64,000 bases of DNA from a virus. The DNA is taken from IMG/VR virus record IMGVR_UViG_3300021425_000014, positions 31,013-95,012 of that record; one strand, written 5' to 3'. The notes beneath the pieces were generated by a model. The model was not told the origin of the DNA. It did no database searches and worked only from the letters and a program-made list of their open reading frames with translations. Of this stretch, positions 18,307 through 28,748 are shown in pieces; the first letter of the stretch is position 1, and each line of letters begins with the position of its first letter. A program made the translations under genes and the position numbers.

Positions 18307-18719
18307 ATATCATCAAAAGAAATGCACAAACTAGTCAGTCAAAAAATTTGGGAGGCGGATTAAGTTTCGCCTCCTTATATACATGTATATATAAAAACTT
18401 TTTGGCCCCATGGGGGGGATCTCCAAACTAAAAAAAGCAGCTAATATATGTTTTGAATTTTAATTCCTTAATTTTTTAACAGAAAATTTTTTCTCGCGCG
18501 AGCGAGCCCTCATTGTATTGCATCGTATTGAATTGTATTGTATTGCTTGGTATTGTATTAAGTTGTATTGTATTGTATTGCCGACACCCCAGCGCCCGAA
18601 CCCCAATACAATGTAATGCAATCAAACGCGGAACCCCAATACAATGCAATGTGATAAGCTAGATCACATTCCTTATACATGCGAGAAAAAAGTTTTTTTA
18701 GTTTTTTTCAAAAAAGGGC

Positions 18720-18748
18720 TTGCAATCGATCGCGCATTGCCCTATGAT
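18720..18748 (+). promoter_or_regulatory. Cassette promoter P1
   Basis: TTGCAA-17-TATGAT; same core as P2. Confidence 0.85.
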
Positions 18749-18787
18749 GTTTTTGTTCCCCACACAACAGAGGAGATTAAAACCATC

Positions 18788-19606
18788 ATGGCTTGCACAC
18801 TCATTAAGCCGGAAGCCCCCAAGTATCGCACTCCCAAGCGCGATGAATACAAGTCTATGGCGTTCTTTCATGCTCTTATGGATGACGCCAAGCGGGCATT
18901 AGAGCGGGCCCCGATGCCCGAGATCGGGAAAAATGGCAACAGCAAGATCGGCGCGCGTGGCGTCAAGGCATACACTCTGGTATATTCCGGCGTGGCGTGG
19001 CACGATTGCACGCCTACGATCGGCTGTAATTCCTGCTATGCGATGGGCTTTAGATACATGCATGCCATCGCACACCGCAAGGGTAAATCGTGGCTTTATT
19101 CCTACATGGCGCGGGAAGCGATCGAACCATTAGAATTTATCATCCGCCATGAGATCATGGAAGCGCTGATCAAGTCTAAGCGATTGGGCTTAACTCTGGC
19201 CGTCAGGATTCACGAAGCGGGCGATTTTATATCACCTGAACACGTCGCGATGTGGGATCGCATTGCAAAAGAATTTAAAACGGCTGTTTTTTGGTGCTAC
19301 ACTCGCTCAGATCTGGCAAGCGATGCCATGCGCGATGCCTTAGTATCTTTCGCGGAAAATGAAAATGTGCATTGTCGCGCATCATTTGATCCTGTTAATG
19401 ATGGGGAAGAAATCAAGCTTACCCGTAATGGTTTACCCGGCGCGATCATCGTTGGCACTAAGCATAAGGGCAAGCGCAAGGGCCCCGAACACGTTAAGGG
19501 GGCTGTTAATTGCCCCGAACAGCTTACAAATGGTGAGATCGGCTGTTCCGATTGTGGGCTATGCTGGAATAAATCCAAGCCTGTGATCCGATTCTGGAAG
19601 CACTAG
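18788..19606 (+). CDS. GP88-like Cys-rich phage protein (radical-SAM-like fold family)
   Basis: GNSKIG, C...C..CYA, RIHEAGDF, WCYTRS, CP...CSDCGLC; start at ATG 18788 after AGGAG (upstream part of the tracked ORF is promoter DNA). Confidence 0.75.
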   Translation: MACTLIKPEAPKYRTPKRDEYKSMAFFHALMDDAKRALERAPMPEIGKNGNSKIGARGVKAYTLVYSGVAWHDCTPTIGCNSCYAMGFRYMHAIAHRKGKSWLYSYMAREAIEPLEFIIRHEIMEALIKSKRLGLTLAVRIHEAGDFISPEHVAMWDRIAKEFKTAVFWCYTRSDLASDAMRDALVSFAENENVHCRASFDPVNDGEEIKLTRNGLPGAIIVGTKHKGKRKGPEHVKGAVNCPEQLTNGEIGCSDCGLCWNKSKPVIRFWKH

Positions 19607-19922
19607 CTTGTATTGTATTGCCCCCCGCAAGGGGGGCTTTTTTCTGCGTGCCCATATATTGCATTGTATTGTATTGCCGTTCGCTCTCGCCTGAGATTGT
19701 ATTGCATTGTATTGTATTGGCAGGCCCCCCGGCTTCGCCGGGCTCCGAGCCCCGATCGCGGCACAATACAATATCATACAGTATAAATAAAATCCCCAAT
19801 ACAATACAATTACATACATCGTTACACCAGCCGCTGGCCCCAATACAATGCAATCTAACATAGGGCCAGATCTGAGCCAGATCGAGCGAAAAAAGAAAAT
19901 CAAAAAAAGATCGTTTTGGGGC

Positions 19923-19951
19923 TTGCAATCGATCGCGCATTGCCCTATGAT
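19923..19951 (+). promoter_or_regulatory. Cassette promoter P2
   Basis: TTGCAA-17-TATGAT. Confidence 0.85.
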
Positions 19952-20011
19952 GGGTTTGTTAAGGCAACGGGGGGCACGGAAAACCCCCCCTGAATAAGGA
20001 GAGTGGCCGCC

Positions 20012-21001
20012 ATGGCACACGAAATGAAAAACAACGATCACATGGTTTCGGGTATGGGCATCAAGCCCTGGCACGGTCTGGGAACCGTCGTAGACGGGCT
20101 GTTGACGGCCCGCGAGACTCTGGAAGCCGCCAGGCTTGATTGGGAAGTTATCAAACACCCGATCACGCTGCAAGGTTCCGATCAAATCGTACCCGATTCG
20201 TTCGCAACCATCCGCACAGATGATCGCTCTGTGCTTGGCATCGTCGGCAATCAATACACGATTCTTCAGAATGTCGATGCTTTCAACTTTTTCGATAGCA
20301 TCGCAGAACGCGGCGATGCGATCTATGAAACAGCGGGATCGCTGTTTGGTGGGCGTAAAATCTACGTCACCGCAAAAATCCCAGGCTTGATCCGCGTTGG
20401 TGATGCGGGCAACGAAGATGTAAGCGAAAAATACGTATTACTCACAAACAGCCATGACGGCACTGGGGCTGTTACAGTCAAGCTGATCACAACCAGGGTG
20501 GTCTGCAACAACACGTTAACGGCAGCATTACGCGAAGGCGGGCGCGGTGTGTCGATCCGGCACTCCCAACTAATGCATGATAAATTGGCGCTTGCATCGA
20601 ACATGCTAGGGATCGCTAATCAGCGCTTCCAGCAAATGGAAGAAACATTTAACCAGTTTGCCAACGTGCAACTAAAAGAAATCGAGGTACGCGATTTCTT
20701 GCGGAAATGTTTTGAGCTTCCATCTGATGCAGATAAAGCAACCGATAAAGACAAACGCGCCATTGCCCAGGTAATGGAACTGCATGAGTCTGGCCGTGGC
20801 TCAGAGTTTACCCGTGGCACTCTCTGGGGGGCATTTAATGCCGTCACAGAGTGGACAAACCATTACCGCACATATAAAGAGCAGGCAAACGGTAACACGC
20901 GGGCAGATAACAAGCTTGGATCTATCTTTTACGGTCAATCTGCTACACTCACCGATCGAGCGTATGACCTTGCGCGGGATCTTGTGTTAGCTAAGCGCTA
21001 A
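20012..21001 (+). CDS. DUF932/TIGR03299-family phage/plasmid protein
   Basis: MAHE...PWHGLG, LGIVG..Y..LQN..AF.F.D, YETAGSL..GR, NSHDG, RVVCNNTL, TLWGAFNAVTE. Confidence 0.88.
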   Translation: MAHEMKNNDHMVSGMGIKPWHGLGTVVDGLLTARETLEAARLDWEVIKHPITLQGSDQIVPDSFATIRTDDRSVLGIVGNQYTILQNVDAFNFFDSIAERGDAIYETAGSLFGGRKIYVTAKIPGLIRVGDAGNEDVSEKYVLLTNSHDGTGAVTVKLITTRVVCNNTLTAALREGGRGVSIRHSQLMHDKLALASNMLGIANQRFQQMEETFNQFANVQLKEIEVRDFLRKCFELPSDADKATDKDKRAIAQVMELHESGRGSEFTRGTLWGAFNAVTEWTNHYRTYKEQANGNTRADNKLGSIFYGQSATLTDRAYDLARDLVLAKR

Positions 21002-21276
21002 CGCGGGGCAATGGGGGCCCCAAATCGGGGCCCCTTACCCGACACGTGGTATACTTACCATACCAGTTATACGATCGGCCCTTATGGGGCTTGTGTGAGG
21101 GCTTATGCACCTTTTATTTTTACCGCTTGTTTTAGTTTTTTGTTTCGCCGTTTTACTTATTCAATTTATAGGCATGGCGATCATTCACGGGATCTCTGGC
21201 CGTCGCAGATGGTATAGTTAATCTGTCGGAATCATCGGGGCCCCAAATCGGGGCCCCACACAGAAAGGATCATAAA

Positions 21277-21660
21277 ATGACAACTTCTCTAGACATGTTC
21301 AAGGTTCGCTGGGATAAGCAAGATACAGAATGGAACAGCAGCAACATAAACCCTATGGCTTGCCATGATTTCTTCGATAAATTCATTAATGATGTGGAGT
21401 TTCAAACTAGCATTAACTTGAATAACAACATTCAAATTTACAAAGATTATTACGTAAGGGGCAAATATAACTTTGTAAAAGTATTTCAATCGTTAATGCG
21501 GATCCTGAATACGTACCGCAAAAAAACGGGGGACACGACGATCACAACAATTGATGAAATTAAATTTATTGCCGATATGGTAGAAAATAACATATGGAAC
21601 AAACACCTAGTACCGTTAACCATTCAACGGGAATACATTAAGTCTATCTACTCCGAATAA
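21277..21660 (+). CDS. Cassette gene, hypothetical
   Basis: AAAGGA SD, upstream hairpin and TGGTATAGT extended -10, downstream hairpin. Confidence 0.7.
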   Translation: MTTSLDMFKVRWDKQDTEWNSSNINPMACHDFFDKFINDVEFQTSINLNNNIQIYKDYYVRGKYNFVKVFQSLMRILNTYRKKTGDTTITTIDEIKFIADMVENNIWNKHLVPLTIQREYIKSIYSE

Positions 21661-22699
21661 TCACAGAGCGCAGAGCAGAGAAACAAGCAAAGGGGCCCCC
21701 CAAAATCGGGGGCCCTTACTGCATGAATAATATATATATTATAGATAATACCATAAGCTTATAAGGTATAAAGAATAACACGAAGGTACAAACACTCAAG
21801 GAAAGAAAATCAAGCCCCTTCTAGGGCATTCTAGGCCCCTCTATTGAGGCCCTTACCGATCCAGTTTTCAAGCCCCCATGAAAAACCCTGTATAAACCTT
21901 TTTATTTGTCTGCTAGGGGCCCTTGAATCAATACAAAATACCCCCTTTGGGGCATCCCCAGCCTAAAAATAGCACTATAAGCCCCTTTCGGGCAGATTCT
22001 TTAAAAAATCCAGCGCCGCATAAGAGGCTGTACCATATTAAATTGTATTGTTAAGCTCTATGTTTAGTTCTTTTACTCCTCTATATATAGTATGATATTG
22101 TATTGATACTATATATATATTATAAGTTATTATATTGTATTGGGGTTATTAGGCCCCGTTTTGTGTTGTATTGTATTGTAGACTCAGTTCGACACCTTTA
22201 GTACTTTCGCACAGCCGAGTGGAATACAATTCAATACTCTACAATGCTTATTTTAGTTCAAAGATATATATATATTATATTGTATTGTATGGGCCCCCGT
22301 TTTCTGTGGGGTAGTTTAGACTAAAAGTTTAGGCCAACTTTTCGGGGCCCCTTACTTTGTAGTTATTAAACATGTATATATATAATAAATAAAAACTTCG
22401 AGCCCTATATATAGGATCCCCCACTTTCTTTTAACAGCTTTATATATATAATACAATACAATACATTAGGTGCCCCGCTTTTTCACCCAACCGCGAGCGC
22501 CCTGTATTGTATCGCATCACATTGTATTACATTGTATTGTATTGCCTTGTATTGTATTGTATGACATTGTATTGTATTGGTGATGGGTGGCGGTGTGTCC
22601 TCAATACAATATAATGCAATGCGAGAGCGAGGGGCCCCGGCAATACAATGCAATCTAATGCGAGCCTGATCTGGCCTGATCTGACACAAAAGATTTTTC

Positions 22700-22728
22700 T
22701 TGCAATCTTTCGCCAGATATGTTGTAAT
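22700..22728 (+). promoter_or_regulatory. Cassette promoter
   Basis: TTGCAA-17-TGTAAT preceded by GATCTG doublet. Confidence 0.7.
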
Positions 22729-22775
22729 TAGATTGTCGCACAAACGAGATGCCCAAACGGGCGGGAGACAAGACC

Positions 22776-23207
22776 TTGCATACAGAATTGACCAAAGACC
22801 AAATCGCTTTCTTGCGTAAGGCACGCCACATTTACTTCAGCGCACGTCGCAATGATGACGGTGTGTTTGTTGGCCACATCGAAGCAATCCAAGAAGATAA
22901 GGATAACCATTCCGTGGCGCGGATGGAAATCACAACACGCGCCATGATTAGTGGTGGGAACCGTGCTAACTGTTCGATCGCAATCGCTGGATTCTGTGAA
23001 GTCTGGCAAACTGTGTTAGCTTTCATCAAGTCTGGCGATTCGCTTGGCCTACGCTTTGAGGCCAACGGATTCCGCCCGTTGGATGAAAAGTACAATGACG
23101 TTAATCTTGATGTCTTGTATGTCAGTGTAGAACGGAATAATAAATTCTATAAATTCTTACTGGATGTTCACTTGACCAAGGAGGGTCATTACCGGATCAT
23201 CCAGTAA
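22776..23207 (+). CDS. Cassette gene, hypothetical
   Basis: TTG start after GGGAG; terminator 23213-23235. Confidence 0.7.
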   Translation: MHTELTKDQIAFLRKARHIYFSARRNDDGVFVGHIEAIQEDKDNHSVARMEITTRAMISGGNRANCSIAIAGFCEVWQTVLAFIKSGDSLGLRFEANGFRPLDEKYNDVNLDVLYVSVERNNKFYKFLLDVHLTKEGHYRIIQ

Positions 23208-23477
23208 ACCACGGGGCCCCGCAAGGGGCCCTTTTAACTAAAGTTAATTATATTGTATTGTATTGCATTAGTTCTTTTAATTGTATTGTATTGGCGTACT
23301 GGCCTCCGAGAAATCGGGGGCCTTTACGTTTCAATACAATTCAATACTATATATTAAAAACATTGTATTGTATTGTATGTGTAATTGGTTGGCCCCGAAA
23401 TCGCGGCCCTCAACCTACCAATACAATACTATAATATATATACCAAATATTAAATAAAAATAGTTTCAAAAAAGGGC

Positions 23478-23506
23478 TTGCAATGATTCTCAGGATATGC
23501 TTTAAT
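23478..23506 (+). promoter_or_regulatory. Cassette promoter
   Basis: TTGCAA-17-TTTAAT with TG extension. Confidence 0.7.
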
Positions 23507-23557
23507 GGTATTGTCAGGTTATGGCCCCACCTTTGAGCGGGCCCGGAGATCGGAACC

Positions 23558-23749
23558 TTGCCTAACACAAAACTTATCAGCAAGCACGGAACCAAAGATC
23601 GCGTTTTCTGCCCCCGGTGTTTGAGAGAGTTGCAGAGTGATATCAAAAGCGATATAAGTTTTTGGTTTCATTGGGCAGATAATTATCACGCGGCTGGACA
23701 CCAAACGGAAGAGCCATGCCAGCGGTATGCAGATACTTGCGGAGATTAA
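23558..23749 (+). CDS. Cassette gene, small hypothetical (CPRC)
   Basis: TTG after GGAG; terminator follows the stop directly. Confidence 0.65.
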   Translation: MPNTKLISKHGTKDRVFCPRCLRELQSDIKSDISFWFHWADNYHAAGHQTEEPCQRYADTCGD

Positions 23750-23988
23750 GCCCTGCCCCCTTCGGGGGGCTTTTTTATTATGCCTATATATATTGGATTG
23801 TATTGTATTGGCGATCGCCATCCGCCAAATCGCGAACACTCACTCTTTGAATACAATATAATATATTAATCTTATTGCATTGTATTGTATTAAGGCACCC
23901 CGATTCGCGGGCCCTTAAAACTTACCAATACAATACACTATAATAATAAAACCAAAGATCTGGCTCAGATCAACATGACCTTGATCAC

Positions 23989-24017
23989 TTGCGCCATGCC
24001 CCCCATCGTGCTACACT
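23989..24017 (+). promoter_or_regulatory. Cassette promoter
   Basis: TTGCGC-17-TACACT with TG extension. Confidence 0.7.
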
Positions 24018-24067
24018 AAGGTTGTTCGGTTAAGCGATGGCGCTGGACGCGCCGGGAGGTAAACGCA

Positions 24068-24259
24068 ATGGGTGATTTAAACTGGCCTTTCTGGCACACG
24101 CAAGAAGAGTGTGACGAGATGAACAAAACGCTTGTGGATGATATGAAAAACAACATGAGCAAGATTCTGTGGAACAACGATCATGATACAGTTCAAGAAA
24201 TTCTTTCGAGATGGGAAGAAAACACAGGCATCGATCTTCGCCTTGAGCGCGATTGGTAA
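24068..24259 (+). CDS. Cassette gene, small acidic hypothetical
   Basis: GGGAGGT SD after leader hairpin. Confidence 0.8.
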   Translation: MGDLNWPFWHTQEECDEMNKTLVDDMKNNMSKILWNNDHDTVQEILSRWEENTGIDLRLERDW

Positions 24260-24274
24260 AAAGGGAGGTAAGCA

Positions 24275-24559
24275 ATGCAGACCACGCAAGTTTATAACAA
24301 CGTCATCGAGGCTGTTGTGTGCAACAGCATGGCGTATGACTTTCAATTACCCATCGGCAAGTTCGATGGCGAAAGTTTACTCAAAAAGATCTGGTTCAAG
24401 ATTCAAAAGAAAGGGAATAGTAAAAGCCCTGACATCCAAATGCAGCGCGCCATGTGGCTAAGCCCTTGCAGGTTCGATGGAAGCGCTTTAAGGTCAATGG
24501 ATATGAAAGGGCAATGGTGGGACACAGGCATGGAGCTTGTAGCCAAGCGAGACATTTAA
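24275..24559 (+). CDS. Cassette gene (second cistron), hypothetical
   Basis: GGGAGGT SD; terminator at 24572. Confidence 0.75.
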   Translation: MQTTQVYNNVIEAVVCNSMAYDFQLPIGKFDGESLLKKIWFKIQKKGNSKSPDIQMQRAMWLSPCRFDGSALRSMDMKGQWWDTGMELVAKRDI

Positions 24560-24783
24560 TAGTATTGTATTGCCCCCCGAGAGGGGGGCTTTCTCGTATG
24601 CCCCTGTGTATTGTATTGTATGGGCGGATACCCCTGCTTAATCAAAATTCAAAAAAACGCGCCGCCGCATATTCGATACAATTCAATTCAATGCGATGAA
24701 TGTATGGTATTGTATTGTATAAAAACGCGGGCACTCACTCTTTGCCAATACAATACAAACAGATCTGACTCTGATCTAAACAC

Positions 24784-24812
24784 TTGCGTCATTAATATAT
24801 ATCTGCTAGAAT
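24784..24812 (+). promoter_or_regulatory. Cassette promoter
   Basis: TTGCGT-17-TAGAAT with TG extension. Confidence 0.75.
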
Positions 24813-24848
24813 TAAAGAGTAAAGGCAAGGGCTCAAGCGAGCCGGAAA

Positions 24849-25088
24849 GTGAAGGTTATGATCCCTTTTGCTGAGATTGAATTGTGGGATGACTACGGCC
24901 ACAAGAAGTGGATTGAATATGACAATATTGATGATGTCATATGGGGCCATAAATGGGATGACTCGGACGATCATGAGTGTGAGAGATCGGGTAACGTAGA
25001 AATCCACAAGCTGGGGCCCAAGGATCATTATTATTGTATTATCATGGTTAAGAAATACGGGATGCCCAAACTCGAACTCCAACTCTAA
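24849..25088 (+). CDS. Cassette gene, small acidic hypothetical
   Basis: Between promoter and terminator; start GTG 24849 or ATG 24858. Confidence 0.7.
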   Translation: MKVMIPFAEIELWDDYGHKKWIEYDNIDDVIWGHKWDDSDDHECERSGNVEIHKLGPKDHYYCIIMVKKYGMPKLELQL

Positions 25089-25325
25089 CTTAACAGCTTT
25101 ATATTGTATTGCCCCTCTGGCTCTGGCTGGCGGGGCACTTTTGCGCTCAGGCCCGCCTCGCTGTATTGCATTGTATTGTATGCCCCCGTCGTATTGCATT
25201 GTATTGTATTGGTGGCCATCGACCCACGGCAATACAATTCAATTCAATGTAAAGGTTGTATGGTATTGTATTGTATTGGTCGGATCCGGGGCCCGATCTG
25301 GCCTGAAAAATGTTTTCAAAAACTA

Positions 25326-25355
25326 TTGACTTGGCCATGGACGGCATGTTACTCT
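25326..25355 (+). promoter_or_regulatory. Cassette promoter
   Basis: TTGACT-18-TACTCT with TG extension. Confidence 0.7.
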
Positions 25356-25401
25356 TGAGGAGTCAACACAAGCGATGGCGCTGACGCGCCGGGAGGCTCA
25401 A

Positions 25402-25770
25402 ATGCTCAAGAACATGATCGCCACGGATGCCCTGGGTGGGTTGCAGGTCAAGGTGTACCGCAACCTTCACAAGAAGTGCCTCAGCGTGTGGCATGCGGGC
25501 TATGTCGTGGCCCATGTTGACTCCATCACGCTGGATGGCGTGCTTTTCAAGGTGAACGAAGCTGGACGCCAACGCGTGTTGCGTGAGAAGAAAAAGAACG
25601 TCCACGCTTTCGTGACGGGCACAGTCACAGGCGTTAACGCGCCCCCACGGGGGGCTGTTCCCGTGTCCTACAACCCTTATAAGGGGGCTTCTTTCACCCT
25701 GCCTGATGGCCAGGCCATTATGGCGGCCGGAACGGTCACGGTGACGACCAGGGGGGCCTTCGTAGACTGA
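25402..25770 (+). CDS. Cassette gene, conserved phage hypothetical (VYRNLH...GRQRVLREKKKNVHAFV family)
   Basis: GGGAGG SD before ATG 25402; recognisable widespread phage motif of unknown function. Confidence 0.8.
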   Translation: MLKNMIATDALGGLQVKVYRNLHKKCLSVWHAGYVVAHVDSITLDGVLFKVNEAGRQRVLREKKKNVHAFVTGTVTGVNAPPRGAVPVSYNPYKGASFTLPDGQAIMAAGTVTVTTRGAFVD

Positions 25771-25928
25771 GGGCCCCGGCTCTCTTTCCCCATAGGGATC
25801 AATACAATGCAATGCAGTCCAATACAATGCAATTCAATGCAACGGTTATATTGTATTGTATTGTATGGCCCCCATCCGGGGGGGCTGATCTGGGGCTGAT
25901 CTGGGCTGAAAAATCTTTTTTGAAATCG

Positions 25929-25957
25929 TTGACATCTCGCTTGAAACTTGCTACTAT
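25929..25957 (+). promoter_or_regulatory. Cassette promoter
   Basis: TTGACA-17-TACTAT with TG extension. Confidence 0.85.
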
Positions 25958-25998
25958 TAAAGAGTAGTCGTTATGGCGCTGAGCGCCGGGAGGTCAAA

Positions 25999-26232
25999 GT
26001 GAAGGGCATCGACATCATTCGGGAATCGGACAACGGCGGAGAAATCATCGGATTTCGCATCAGCGCCAAGCACGGCGGATTCGGGTTTGACGTACCGCTT
26101 GTAGACTTAGTCAACGCTGAGGTGTTCACGGAAGAGAAGCGCGAGGCGCTGCTCAAGCGATACCAGGCCTACTTGGCCGATATCGTCAAAACCTGGGAGC
26201 AGCCGGGCACGGCTAATCGCTGGGATGTTTAG
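25999..26232 (+). CDS. Cassette gene, small hypothetical (DLVN family A)
   Basis: GTG after GGGAGGT. Confidence 0.75.
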   Translation: MKGIDIIRESDNGGEIIGFRISAKHGGFGFDVPLVDLVNAEVFTEEKREALLKRYQAYLADIVKTWEQPGTANRWDV

Positions 26233-26389
26233 CCCAGGGCCCCCCGAAAGGGGGGCTTTTTTCGTGTGGCTTATCAATACAATACAATTCAATACAACGC
26301 GGGGGGAATATATTGCATTGTATTGTATGGGCGGGATCGCCGTGCGCCATTCGGCCTCATCGGGCCAGCAATGCGGTGCGCAACGCAGC

Positions 26390-26495
26390 ATCGCATTTAA
26401 GGGCCCTGTGAGGGCCATGAAGGGGCTTATAGGTATCCGGGAGGGTGATTGTACCCTGAACGCCATCAGGGGCCTTTACGGGCCTTGTGGTGGCT
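26390..26495. repeat. About 100-bp dyad element with AGGGTGATTGTAC core (copy 1; others at 27993, 29743, 30537, 37100)
   Basis: Exact 13-bp core in five places, CCTTTA 31-32 bp downstream of core start in all five. Confidence 0.85.
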
Positions 26496-26518
26496 TGATC
26501 TGGAATAAAAAGTTTTTC

Positions 26519-26547
26519 TTGACATCCAATGATGGGGTTGATATGAT
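26519..26547 (+). promoter_or_regulatory. Cassette promoter
   Basis: TTGACA-17-TATGAT with TG extension. Confidence 0.9.
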
Positions 26548-26594
26548 GAAAGAGTCAGGCAAACGAGATGGCGCTGACGCGCCGGGAGGTCGAA

Positions 26595-26756
26595 ATGATG
26601 GTAAGCTTTCAGGAAGAAGAAAAGGGATTCTTGGTAGCGGTGACTGAAGACGATTTCGTCTTCATTCCCGTTCAGAACGGGAACCGCGTAGCCGCCTTCG
26701 AAGAGGCGATCGAGCAGCTTAACGAATGGTTCTATGCATCACTTAAATACAAGTGA
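26595..26756 (+). CDS. Cassette gene, small acidic hypothetical
   Basis: GGGAGGT SD; terminator 26763. Confidence 0.75.
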   Translation: MMVSFQEEEKGFLVAVTEDDFVFIPVQNGNRVAAFEEAIEQLNEWFYASLKYK

Positions 26757-26956
26757 TGCGAGGCCCCCGAAAGGGGGCTTTTTTCGTGCCAATCATCAAT
26801 ACAATACAATTCTATACAATCACTGCATCGCATTGTATTGTATGGGGAAGAATCGGGGGGCCATACCTACTTCCCTTTGAATCACCAATACAATACAGTT
26901 TAATATATGACCTGATCTGGCCTCAAAATATTTTTAAAATAGTTTCTGAAAAGGGG

Positions 26957-26985
26957 TTTACATTCCCAGGTGAAACGGGTATGAT
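26957..26985 (+). promoter_or_regulatory. Cassette promoter
   Basis: TTTACA-17-TATGAT. Confidence 0.8.
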
Positions 26986-27035
26986 ATTAATGTAAGGGTT
27001 AAGCGACACCCCTGAGTCGCGGAGAACAGACCACC

Positions 27036-27272
27036 ATGGCTATCTTCAATGTTGTAATGGTTAAGGATCCGATGATGGCCCCCGTGCTCGTTGAGCAGCA
27101 CAAAGTCGAGAGCCTGAAAGAGGCTCGTAAGATCCTCAGCCAGTGGGCTGAAGATGGGGACAAAATAGTAGCCCTCAAGAAGGCGCCGCTTCCCTCAGGG
27201 CGCCACGTGACGCCACTGGTTATACAGACGATGGAAGAGGATTCCGATATCTTCGGACAATACATAGATTAA
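27036..27272 (+). CDS. Cassette gene, small hypothetical
   Basis: GGAG SD after hairpin; terminator 27278. Confidence 0.75.
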   Translation: MAIFNVVMVKDPMMAPVLVEQHKVESLKEARKILSQWAEDGDKIVALKKAPLPSGRHVTPLVIQTMEEDSDIFGQYID

Positions 27273-27506
27273 GCGAGGGGCCCCGCGAGGGGCCCTTTTT
27301 TTTATGCCCCTGTGTATATTGCATTGTATTGCCAGGGCGATCGCCCATCGGGACTTATCAATACAATTCAATGCAACCAATGTATTGCATTGTATTGGAC
27401 GGGGGCCCCGGCGAGCTTGCGCCAAATCGCGCGCCCTTACTCTTTGCAATACAATACAATCTAATTCATACCTGATCTGACCTTGATCTGACACAAGTTG
27501 ATTTAT

Positions 27507-27535
27507 TTGACATCCTTCCCGATAGTTGTTATTAT
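27507..27535 (+). promoter_or_regulatory. Cassette promoter
   Basis: TTGACA-17-TATTAT with TG extension. Confidence 0.9.
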
Positions 27536-27599
27536 AAAAGAGTCAAGGCAAGCGGGCCCGACGCCCGCCAGATGAACCCCAGGGGTTCGGGAGGTAAAC

Positions 27600-27821
27600 A
27601 TGACCATCACCATTGCCGTTGTTATCGCTGTGCTTACATTTGCGCTGGGCATGTCGCTCGGCGTGAGCCTTCAGCAATCATACGGTAATCGTACCGAAAG
27701 AATTTTATATGAGGCGTACCGCCAGGCGCGGGATGAGGCCCTTCACCTTGAAAGGAAAATCGCCACGGGCGAAAGTTTTAGGAGAAACGTCATCCGCTCA
27801 ATAAAGAAAATCTCAGACTAA
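27600..27821 (+). CDS. Cassette gene, small membrane-anchored protein
   Basis: N-terminal TM helix; GGGAGGT SD. Confidence 0.8.
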   Translation: MTITIAVVIAVLTFALGMSLGVSLQQSYGNRTERILYEAYRQARDEALHLERKIATGESFRRNVIRSIKKISD

Positions 27822-28209
27822 CACAGGGCCCCCGAAAGGGGGCTCTTTTTTTATGCCTGTTAATATATTGCATTGCATTGTATTGTTAGCCCCCCTTTTC
27901 TTCGTGCGTTCGAAACATCCGATAAGCCCCACAGCGTAGCACCCTTTTAAAGCGTGCTGTGAGCCCGTTAAACGCGTTTCAGGGGGGTGGGTAGGGTGAT
28001 TGTACCTTAGAACAATTTAAACGCCTTTAAAGCCCGTATGTTTAATCAATGCGATCGCCCATAGAAGATCAATACAATTCAATTCAATGCAGCCGTGGTA
28101 TCGCATTGTATTGTATGGACACAGGGCAGGGGCAAAAGCGGGGCCCGTCACTTTTTGCAATACAATATAATTATATATAAAAGGGTTGATCTGGGTTGAT
28201 CTGGTTTAG

Positions 28210-28238
28210 TTGACATCATAAGCCTGGTTTGATATGAT
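28210..28238 (+). promoter_or_regulatory. Cassette promoter
   Basis: TTGACA-17-TATGAT with TG extension. Confidence 0.9.
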
Positions 28239-28278
28239 TAAAGAGTAAAGGTTATGGCCTGATGGCCGGGAGGTTCTA

Positions 28279-28533
28279 ATGCGCGAGTACGTGGGCAATG
28301 TCGAGGATCTGTGGGAAAACCCTTTCGATGGCTATTGCCGTGCGCTTGACCGTTATGACCGCTTTGCGGTCTATGAACGGGACACGGACGGGTATGGATT
28401 CCCGATCTATCATTGCTGGTCAAGCAAGGAGCAGGAAACCATATGGTTCACAAGAGAGGACGCCGCCATGCGCTGGTGTCAAAACATGATGGTTGCCCTA
28501 CGACTTGAGGGGCATTATATCTGGATGGTTTAA
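28279..28533 (+). CDS. Cassette gene, small hypothetical
   Basis: GGGAGGT SD; terminator 28537. Confidence 0.8.
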   Translation: MREYVGNVEDLWENPFDGYCRALDRYDRFAVYERDTDGYGFPIYHCWSSKEQETIWFTREDAAMRWCQNMMVALRLEGHYIWMV

Positions 28534-28671
28534 CAGGGGGCCCCGCAAGGGGCCTCTTTTTTTATTGCCATAAGTCCATACAATACAATTCAATAACTTG
28601 ATTAGATTGCATTGCATTGTATTGCCCCGATACCGGGCTGATCTGGTCTGATTTGACAAGAAAAGTTTTTC

Positions 28672-28700
28672 TTGACATCCCGCTTGCGATTTGCTATTAT
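28672..28700 (+). promoter_or_regulatory. Cassette promoter
   Basis: TTGACA-17-TATTAT with TG extension. Confidence 0.9.
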
Positions 28701-28748
28701 TAAATTAGTCAAGCAAACGAGATGGCGCTGAGCGCCGGGAGGTTGAAA

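Noticed and set aside
25375-28748. Upstream MALTRRE/MALSAGR N-terminal extensions as a shared leader peptide
   Set aside because: The ATG lies in the leader hairpin upstream of the SD and is out of frame in other cassettes (24037, 25973), so the conserved feature is RNA structure
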